Of a stretch of DNA of 64,000 nucleotides, positions 57,198-64,000 are shown one piece after another (position 1 is the first letter of the stretch; the number at the start of each line of letters is the position of its first letter). The notes beneath the pieces are model-generated. The model was not told the origin of the DNA. It worked only from the letters and a program-made list of their open reading frames with translations, and did no database searches. The stretch is from Candidatus Omnitrophota bacterium (GTDB lineage Bacteria > Omnitrophota > Gorgyraeia > JAGLLT01). Where the stretch lies: contig DAOVJY010000002.1 of NCBI GenBank assembly GCA_030632085.1, positions 248,319-312,318 on the forward strand. The letters are read 5' to 3'. A program made the position numbers and the translations under genes.

Positions 57198-58370
57198 ATG
57201 AATAAAACAAAAAAAGTTGCCATATTCGGTTCAACCGGTTCAATTGGAAAGAGCGCCCTTGATGTTCTTAAGCGATTCAAGGATGATTTTGAAATAAAGG
57301 CGCTTGTAGCTTGCAAACAGTCTAAAAAATTTCTTAGGCAGATAAAAGAATATAAGCCTGATTATGCTGTTATGGCAGATATGAAAGCCGCGGATGAAAT
57401 AAAAAACAGTGTTGGCAAAATAAAAACGGAATTTAGCGCAGGCAACAAAGCTGTTATTGATTTAGCGAAAAGAAAAGACATTGATATAATTATCATGGCT
57501 ATATCCGGCGCTTCAGCCCTTTTGCCATTAATTGAGGCAATAAAGTCTTCAAAGACAATAGCCTTAGCTAATAAGGAATCTCTGGTTATGGCCGGTAAAA
57601 TAGTTATGAATTTAGCTCAAAAACATAAGGCGACTATTATTCCTGTGGATTCTGAGCACAGTGCTATATTCCAATGTCTTGAAGGTAAAAAGTATAAACC
57701 CGCGAGGATATACTTAACGGGTTCTGGTGGGCCATTAATAAAAACGCCCAAAAGTAAATTACGAAATATTACTCCAAAAGAGGCGCTGAATCATCCCAAG
57801 TGGTCTATGGGTAAAAAAATTACTATTGATTCCGCAACTTTAATGAATAAGGGTTTAGAGGTAATAGAAGCTATGCATTTATTTAGTATGCCCCTAGATA
57901 AAATTAAGGTTTTAATTCATCCGGAGGCGATTATTCATTCAATGGTGGAATTTTCAGACGGGAGTATTCTTGCGCAATTGGCAAGTCCCGACATGAAGCT
58001 TCCCATAGAATATGCTCTTTCGTACCCCGAGAGACTTAAAGCTGTGGCCCAAAGAGTTGATTTTATAAAAAATAATAAAATAACATTTTTGGAAGCTGAT
58101 ATTAGTAAATTTCCTTGCTTGAAATTAGCTTATCAAGCAGCCAAGAAAGGATATACCTATCCCATCGTTTTAAACGCGGCTAATGAGGTTGCCGTTTGGG
58201 CTTTTTTAGATAAAAAAATTAAGTTTACTGATATACCTTTAGTAATTAAAAAAATAATGAAGAAACATAAACCACTAAAGAAGTACAATCTTAAAGATAT
58301 ACTCTCAGTTGATAATCAAGCACGATTAGATGCCCAAAAAATAATAGAAAGGTTAAATTCAAGATGTTAG
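57198..58370 (+). CDS. dxr: 1-deoxy-D-xylulose 5-phosphate reductoisomerase
   Basis: VAIFGSTGSIG NADPH site; LANKESLV. Confidence 0.9.
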   Translation: MNKTKKVAIFGSTGSIGKSALDVLKRFKDDFEIKALVACKQSKKFLRQIKEYKPDYAVMADMKAADEIKNSVGKIKTEFSAGNKAVIDLAKRKDIDIIIMAISGASALLPLIEAIKSSKTIALANKESLVMAGKIVMNLAQKHKATIIPVDSEHSAIFQCLEGKKYKPARIYLTGSGGPLIKTPKSKLRNITPKEALNHPKWSMGKKITIDSATLMNKGLEVIEAMHLFSMPLDKIKVLIHPEAIIHSMVEFSDGSILAQLASPDMKLPIEYALSYPERLKAVAQRVDFIKNNKITFLEADISKFPCLKLAYQAAKKGYTYPIVLNAANEVAVWAFLDKKIKFTDIPLVIKKIMKKHKPLKKYNLKDILSVDNQARLDAQKIIERLNSRC

Positions 58371-59497
58371 GTATTGTTTTAGCAGTAATCATATTCGGCC
58401 TTATAATTCTTATTCATGAATTCGGTCATTATATTGTAGGTAAATTGTCCGGTTGTAGTGTGTCAAAATTTTCTATAGGCTGTGGCCCGAAATTGGCGGC
58501 TTTTAAAAGGAAAGAAACTGAATATCAAATTTCATGGATACCGCTAATAGGCGGGTATGTGCGCATGCCGGGCATGGAAGGGGAAAGCGCTGAACTAACC
58601 AAAGAAGAAGCCGAAGATATCAAAAAATACAACCTGAAAACTTTTGAAGAGATTAAAACCTGGCAGAAGTTTATGGTTTTTATTGGTGGTGTCGGTATGC
58701 AGATATTAACCGCTATACTTTTATTATCAATAGTAATTGCCGTAATGGGAAAACCGCTTAATAAACTTTACATTGCCTCGATAGGTGAGGATTCACCGGC
58801 TCATGCTGCAGGTTTAAAGCCGGCTGATATTATACTTAAAGTGGATAATAAATCAATTAATTCAGTTGACGATTTATTAAATTATCTTGAGGATAAAGAT
58901 AAAATACAAGTTGAAGTTAATTATAAGAGAGGTAATGAATATTTAACTACCGGTGTTATTCCGGTATATAACAGTGAATATAAGAAAGTGGTGATGGGCG
59001 TTAACATAGTTCCTACATTGTACTTTAATAAAGAAGATATGTCCTGGAAGGATTATGCTTTTGGGGGCATTATTTTTACGGGTAAACTTAGTGCGATGAT
59101 GCTTGAAGGTATTTGGATGTTAATTAGCGGAGAATTACCACTTAAAGAATCGGCTATGGGGCCGATAGGTATTGTAGCTATTACAAAAGATATTATTCAG
59201 ACAGGATTTTTAAACGTTATCATGTTTTTTGTTTTGATCAACATCAATTTGGCCTATATAAACCTTATGCCGTTTCCGGCATTAGATGGTGGACACATTG
59301 TTTTTTTAGCCATTGAAAAAATGTTTAGAATAAAGATAGGGACCAAGGTTAAAGAAAAAATAATCATTGTCGGTTTTTCTCTTTTGATATTATTAATACT
59401 ATACATTACTTTTAATGATGTTAGCCGTCTTTATAGGATTCATAAGTCTAAAAATGAAGTTTCTATAAGCGAAAAGGTTATTGATATAGAGAAATGA
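58364..59497 (+). CDS. rseP: RIP metalloprotease RseP (site-2 protease with PDZ domain)
   Basis: HEFGHY, PDZ, C-terminal LDGG. Confidence 0.85.
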   Translation: MLGIVLAVIIFGLIILIHEFGHYIVGKLSGCSVSKFSIGCGPKLAAFKRKETEYQISWIPLIGGYVRMPGMEGESAELTKEEAEDIKKYNLKTFEEIKTWQKFMVFIGGVGMQILTAILLLSIVIAVMGKPLNKLYIASIGEDSPAHAAGLKPADIILKVDNKSINSVDDLLNYLEDKDKIQVEVNYKRGNEYLTTGVIPVYNSEYKKVVMGVNIVPTLYFNKEDMSWKDYAFGGIIFTGKLSAMMLEGIWMLISGELPLKESAMGPIGIVAITKDIIQTGFLNVIMFFVLININLAYINLMPFPALDGGHIVFLAIEKMFRIKIGTKVKEKIIIVGFSLLILLILYITFNDVSRLYRIHKSKNEVSISEKVIDIEK

Positions 59498-60549
59498 TTA
59501 AGCGCAGGAAAACTAAGATAATAACTGTAGGTAATTTGCGAATAGGTGGTAGTAATCCTATCGCTATTCAAGGCATGGCCAAAATTTCTACTGATAAAGT
59601 TACCGAAGTGGTTTCCCAGATAAAAGAGATGCAAAGGGCCGGTTGTGAACTTGTGCGTCTGGCCATTAAGACCAAGGAGCAAGCTAAGGCTTTATCAAAA
59701 ATAAAGAAAAAAGTTAAAATTCCGCTTATTGCTGATATTCATTTTGATTATCGCTTAGCTCTTTTAGCGATTGAAAGTGGAGCGGATAAGATTAGGATTA
59801 ATCCAGGGAATATTACAGAAAAAAAAGCTATCGATGAAATTGTGAAGGCCCTTAAAAAGGCAAAGCTACCGGTGAGGTTAGGCTTCAACTCCGGTTCAAT
59901 ACCTTTTAAATATAGTAGTGCTAACCTTGCAAAGAAAATGGCTGGTTATTGTTTGGGATATATAAGTGAGTTTGAAAAAAGAGGCTTTTATGATATAATA
60001 ATTTCGCTTAAGACATCAGATGTTTTATCAACTATTGAAGTCAATGAATTAGTTGCCGGAAAAACTAAATATCCATTCCACTTAGGAGTGACAGCAACGG
60101 GCCCGGGTATTAGTTCTGTAGTTAAGTCTTCGGTGGGCATTGGAACATTACTAAAAGAGGGCATTGGTGATACCATAAGGGTATCATTGACAAATTCAGC
60201 AGTAAGTGAGATTAAAACGGCTAAAATGATACTTCAAAGTCTTGAATTGAGAAGGTTTTATCCTGAGGTAATATCCTGTCCGACATGTGGACGCTGTCAG
60301 GTAAATTTAATCAAAATGGCTGAAGAAGTTTCAAGTGCGCTTATGAAGCTGGTAATTAAAAAACCTGAGATAAAAGACATGACTGTAGCTGTCATGGGCT
60401 GTGAAGTTAATGGACCGGGCGAGGCCAGGCATGCTGATATAGGCATTGCTTGCGGCAGTAAATATGCCGCTTTATTTAAAAACGGCAAAATTGTAAAAAG
60501 AGTAAATGTTAAAAAAGCTAAAATAGAGCTTTTAAAGGAGATAAAATGA
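59494..60549 (+). CDS. ispG: 4-hydroxy-3-methylbut-2-enyl diphosphate synthase
   Basis: GcpE family; CPTCGRC Fe-S motif. Confidence 0.9.
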   Translation: MIKRRKTKIITVGNLRIGGSNPIAIQGMAKISTDKVTEVVSQIKEMQRAGCELVRLAIKTKEQAKALSKIKKKVKIPLIADIHFDYRLALLAIESGADKIRINPGNITEKKAIDEIVKALKKAKLPVRLGFNSGSIPFKYSSANLAKKMAGYCLGYISEFEKRGFYDIIISLKTSDVLSTIEVNELVAGKTKYPFHLGVTATGPGISSVVKSSVGIGTLLKEGIGDTIRVSLTNSAVSEIKTAKMILQSLELRRFYPEVISCPTCGRCQVNLIKMAEEVSSALMKLVIKKPEIKDMTVAVMGCEVNGPGEARHADIGIACGSKYAALFKNGKIVKRVNVKKAKIELLKEIK

Positions 60550-62249
60550 GGTGGTCTGATTATTATTTACCTACCTTAAAAGAGAATCCTAGAGAGGCAG
60601 AAGCCCAAAGTCATAAGTTGATGATTAGGGCGGGCCTAATTAGAAAGCTTGCCGCTGGGACATATTCCTATCTACCATTTGGCTTAAAGGCTTTAAATAA
60701 TGTTGAGAGTATTATACGTCAGGCTATGAGTGAAAAAGGCGCCTTAGAAGTGTTTTTGCCTGCTTTGCATCCTTTGGAAATATGGCAGAAGACCGGTCGA
60801 GATGTAACTTTAATTGATGATGTCGGGTATTCTTTTATTGACAGACATGGCAATAAGATGGTTTTAGGCCCTACTCATGAAGAAATTATTACAGCTCTTA
60901 TACAAGGGGAAGTCAAGTCATATAAGCAGATGCCTCTTATCCTATATCAGATACAAAGTAAATTCAGAGATGAGCCTCGGCCTAGATTTGGTGTTATCAG
61001 GTCAAAAGAGTTCATCATGAAAGATGCTTATAGTTTTGATGTTGATGAGAAAAGTTTAAATGAGAGTTATAAAAAAATGCAGGAAGCCTATTGTCAAATA
61101 ATGGATAAATGCGGGCTGGATTATATAATGGTTGAAGCTGATCCTGGAATGATGGGCGGTAAGGAATCAGCTGAGTTTATGGTTATTTCTGATAGTGGCG
61201 AAGATATGATAGTTCATTGTTTTGGATGTGGTTATGCGGCAAGTCTTGAAGCTGCGCCTTGCGTAGGAGGTGAGCTCAAGAAGAAAGATAAGGTTTTGAA
61301 AATTGAAGTAATCGATACGCCCGGGAAATCAACTGTTGAGGATGTAGCTAGAGCTCTTAAGATTCCGGAAGCAAATTTGATTAAAACACTAATTTATAAA
61401 GCCGATGATAGTTTTGTCGCGGTTTTAATGCGGGGAGATAAACGCATAAATGAAACTAAACTCAGCCGAGTTCTTAACGCGCAGCATCTTAAATTAGCTA
61501 ACGATAGTGAAATTGAAGATGTTACCGGAGGACCGGTAGGTTTTAGCGGGCCTGTGAAGTTGAAGGGTGTAAAGATAATAGCTGATTTCTTAGTTGAGCA
61601 TATGTCCAATGCGGTAACAGGTGCTAATAAAGCGGATAAACATTTTACTAATGTAAATATTAATAAAGACTTTAAGGTTAATTTGTTCTGTGACTTACGT
61701 TATATTGATGTCGATGACGTTTGTCCAAAGTGCCATAAGAAAATTGAAATTAAAAGAACCATGGAAGTGGGCCATATATTTAAATTAGGCACTAAATATA
61801 CGGATAGTTTAAATGCCAAGTTTCTTGATGAAAACGGCAAAGAACACCTTATTATTATGGGTTGCTATGGAATTGGGGTTAATAGAGTTTTGGCGGCTAT
61901 AATTGAACTCAACCATGATGATAGAGGGATTGTTTGGCCTCAAGAGATAGCACCATTTAAAGCTCAGATATTGCTTTTAGATGAAAGCAAGGAAGCCGTC
62001 TCAATTGCTGATGATCTTTATGGTGAGTTGAGCTTTGAAGGTTTTGATGTGCTTTATGATGATAGAAATGCCCAGGCTGGAGTTAAATTTAAAGATGCCG
62101 ATTTAATAGGTATACCTCTTCAGATTATAATTGGCTCCAGAGGTTTGAAAAAGGGCAACATTGAAATAAAATATCGAGGAAGCAATAAAAAAGATGAAAT
62201 TGCTATTAAGAACGCAGCTTCCAAACTTAAAAAAATCTTGACAATGTAA
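60546..62249 (+). CDS. proS: Prolyl-tRNA synthetase (bacterial type with editing domain)
   Basis: Class II aaRS motifs; 567 aa. Confidence 0.9.
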   Translation: MRWSDYYLPTLKENPREAEAQSHKLMIRAGLIRKLAAGTYSYLPFGLKALNNVESIIRQAMSEKGALEVFLPALHPLEIWQKTGRDVTLIDDVGYSFIDRHGNKMVLGPTHEEIITALIQGEVKSYKQMPLILYQIQSKFRDEPRPRFGVIRSKEFIMKDAYSFDVDEKSLNESYKKMQEAYCQIMDKCGLDYIMVEADPGMMGGKESAEFMVISDSGEDMIVHCFGCGYAASLEAAPCVGGELKKKDKVLKIEVIDTPGKSTVEDVARALKIPEANLIKTLIYKADDSFVAVLMRGDKRINETKLSRVLNAQHLKLANDSEIEDVTGGPVGFSGPVKLKGVKIIADFLVEHMSNAVTGANKADKHFTNVNINKDFKVNLFCDLRYIDVDDVCPKCHKKIEIKRTMEVGHIFKLGTKYTDSLNAKFLDENGKEHLIIMGCYGIGVNRVLAAIIELNHDDRGIVWPQEIAPFKAQILLLDESKEAVSIADDLYGELSFEGFDVLYDDRNAQAGVKFKDADLIGIPLQIIIGSRGLKKGNIEIKYRGSNKKDEIAIKNAASKLKKILTM

Positions 62250-62293
62250 AGCCGATTTTGTATACTACTTATAGTTAAATGAATTTAGACGAA

Positions 62294-62317
62294 AGTGGGT
62301 TTTACCCGCTTTTTTTA
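62294..62317 (+). terminator. Rho-independent terminator (AGTGGGTTTTACCCGCT plus T7)
   Basis: Stem-loop and U-tract after proS. Confidence 0.6.
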
Positions 62318-62324
62318 TTGAATT

Positions 62325-62801
62325 ATGTATAAAGAAGAAATTACAGAAAAACTTAAACAAATAGCTCAAAAGCCTATAGCGGAAGCTAAAGCGGAACTTG
62401 TTAGTTTTGAGTTGAGACCCCAAAATCGCAATATGTTTATCCGCGTTTTGGTAGATAAGCCAGAGGGGATTTCAATTGATGATTGCGCTTTAATATGCCG
62501 GGCAATTGAGTGTGAAATAGATGAAGAAGGATTGTTTTCTCAAGGGTATACACTTGAAGTGGCATCTCCTGGATTAGATAGATTGCTCACGACCCAGTTG
62601 GATTTTCAAAGGGTTTTAGGTAAAGCGGTAATTCTATCCTATGATACAGGAGGCAATCACATAGAGAAGATTGAAGGGGTTATAGAAGATGCAGCAGATG
62701 ATTCTATTACGGTTAATGTTAAAGGCAAAAAAGAAAGCATTAAGTACTTAAACATAAAAAAGGCAAAACAAAAATTGAAATATGATAAGAGGAAGAAGTA
62801 A
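62325..62801 (+). CDS. rimP: Ribosome maturation factor RimP
   Basis: Position upstream of nusA; size. Confidence 0.8.
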   Translation: MYKEEITEKLKQIAQKPIAEAKAELVSFELRPQNRNMFIRVLVDKPEGISIDDCALICRAIECEIDEEGLFSQGYTLEVASPGLDRLLTTQLDFQRVLGKAVILSYDTGGNHIEKIEGVIEDAADDSITVNVKGKKESIKYLNIKKAKQKLKYDKRKK

Positions 62802-63958
62802 TGAAAGGTGAATTATTAGCTATCTTAGATCACATGGAAAGAGAAAAGGGAATTGAGAGAGAGATTCTCATTGAGGCATTAGAGTTGGCCCTTTTATCTG
62901 CCGCAAAGAAGACCATTAAAGGTAAAGAAGGTGAATTATCTGTTAAATTCGATGCGGAGACGGGTGATATAGAAGTTTTTTCAGGCGACGTACTTATTAA
63001 ATCTGAAGAATTCGGACGCATCGCGGCTCAAACAGCTAAGCAGGTTATTATCCAAAAGATTCGTGAAGCTGAGCGTAATGTTATATTTGATGAATTTAAG
63101 GGTAAAGTTGGTGAAATTGTAAGTGGAACTATATATCGTTTTGAAAAGGGTGGCTTGATTGTTAATCTCGGTAAAGCTGAAGGTATTATTTTAAAGAAGT
63201 TTCAAGTGTCTAAAGAGAATTATGGACAGGGTCAGAGGATAAGGGCTTATGTGGAAGAGGTTGAGCAAAGCAATAGAGGGCCGAGAATTATTTTATCAAG
63301 AACTAGTCCTGAATTTGTAAGAAAACTATTTGAATTAGAAGTTCCGGAAATATATGAACATATAGTGGAAATAAAGGCAATTGCCAGAGAAGCCGGTGAA
63401 AGAACAAAACTAGCTGTATTATCTCACGATTCTAAAGTTGATAGCCAGGGAGCTTGCGTGGGTGTTCGCGGCTCCAGAGTTAAAAATGTAGTTAGTGAAC
63501 TTGATGGTGAAAAAGTTGATATTGTTAAGTACAGCACTGATTTAAAAGAATTCATTAAAAATGCTTTATCACCAGCTGAAATAATGGAGATTCAAGTTAA
63601 TGAAAATGAAAGCAGTGCTTTGGTTTTAGTGAACGATGATCAGCTGTCGCTGGCTATAGGTAAGCGTGGTCAAAATGTAAGACTTGCTTCTAGATTAGTA
63701 GAAGTTAGTTTGAATATTAAAAGCGCAAGCGAAGTTTCAAAAGCTTCAAATGATGATAAGAAATCTGTTAAGTCTGACAAATCGGAAATTAGCCAACTGA
63801 AGGGTGTTGGTAAAAAGACAGCTGAAGCCCTTATTGAAGCAGGCTATGACACTTTAGATAAAATTGCCCAAGTAAGTGCCAGTGATTTAGTTAAAGTACC
63901 GGGGATTGGAGCTAAAACGGCAGAGAAGATCATAATCAACGCAAAGGAAATCTGTTAA
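62801..63958 (+). CDS. nusA: Transcription termination/antitermination factor NusA (S1, KH, C-terminal HhH extension)
   Basis: S1/KH order; GVGKKTAEALIEAGY and VPGIGAKTAEKII HhH repeats. Confidence 0.9.
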   Translation: MKGELLAILDHMEREKGIEREILIEALELALLSAAKKTIKGKEGELSVKFDAETGDIEVFSGDVLIKSEEFGRIAAQTAKQVIIQKIREAERNVIFDEFKGKVGEIVSGTIYRFEKGGLIVNLGKAEGIILKKFQVSKENYGQGQRIRAYVEEVEQSNRGPRIILSRTSPEFVRKLFELEVPEIYEHIVEIKAIAREAGERTKLAVLSHDSKVDSQGACVGVRGSRVKNVVSELDGEKVDIVKYSTDLKEFIKNALSPAEIMEIQVNENESSALVLVNDDQLSLAIGKRGQNVRLASRLVEVSLNIKSASEVSKASNDDKKSVKSDKSEISQLKGVGKKTAEALIEAGYDTLDKIAQVSASDLVKVPGIGAKTAEKIIINAKEIC

Positions 63959-64000
63959 AGTTATGGGTATACGTGTTTTTAAATTAGCTAAGGAATTGGG

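Overview
AT-rich bacterial chromosomal segment (about 37% GC, my estimate by eye) with two very different halves. Bases 1-17,300 are an accessory defence island built from discrete modules: an AbiEi/AbiEii toxin-antitoxin pair; a beta-class DNA methyltransferase with a small coupled endonuclease; an uncharacterised three-gene operon with a winged-HTH protein, a lysine-rich linker protein and a HEPN-like protein; the DarT/DarG DNA ADP-ribosylation toxin-antitoxin pair; a split, membrane-anchored Cas4-like nuclease with no CRISPR array; a Panacea-domain antitoxin followed by a transmembrane protein, an Hjc-like nuclease and a 475-aa protein carrying a CxCxxC motif; a YiiX-like peptidase and a secreted single-HKD phospholipase D. 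These modules are separated by copies of a REP/TIR-like sequence (consensus TAAGTRTTSTGTCCCCGGAA) and by two about 320-bp miniature elements that carry 5'-truncated RAYT/IS200-like transposase remnants. Several genes survive only as fragments: an Abi_2 N-terminus, an HTH remnant, and a 31-codon fragment after darG that resembles restriction-enzyme/helicase N-termini. A strong sigma70 promoter cassette (TTGCTT, 17 bp, TGgTATAAAT) recurs four times, twice followed by a conserved leader RNA motif. The rest is core genome: hflKC, a LOG-family protein, an M50 protease, flavodoxin, a SemiSWEET transporter, arfB, a PilB-like ATPase, amiC, murI, queDCEF, class I fumarase, rph, rdgB, an AsmA-like protein, a seven-tRNA cluster with an embedded four-helix-bundle gene and a duplicated remnant of it, tig-clpP-lon (no clpX), serC-like/serA, an HMGL-like synthase, purA, the H+-pyrophosphatase hppA, uppS-cdsA-dxr-rseP-ispG-proS-rimP-nusA. 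No rRNA, CRISPR array or intact transposase was seen. All calls come from reading the sequence and remembered family signatures; nothing was searched.
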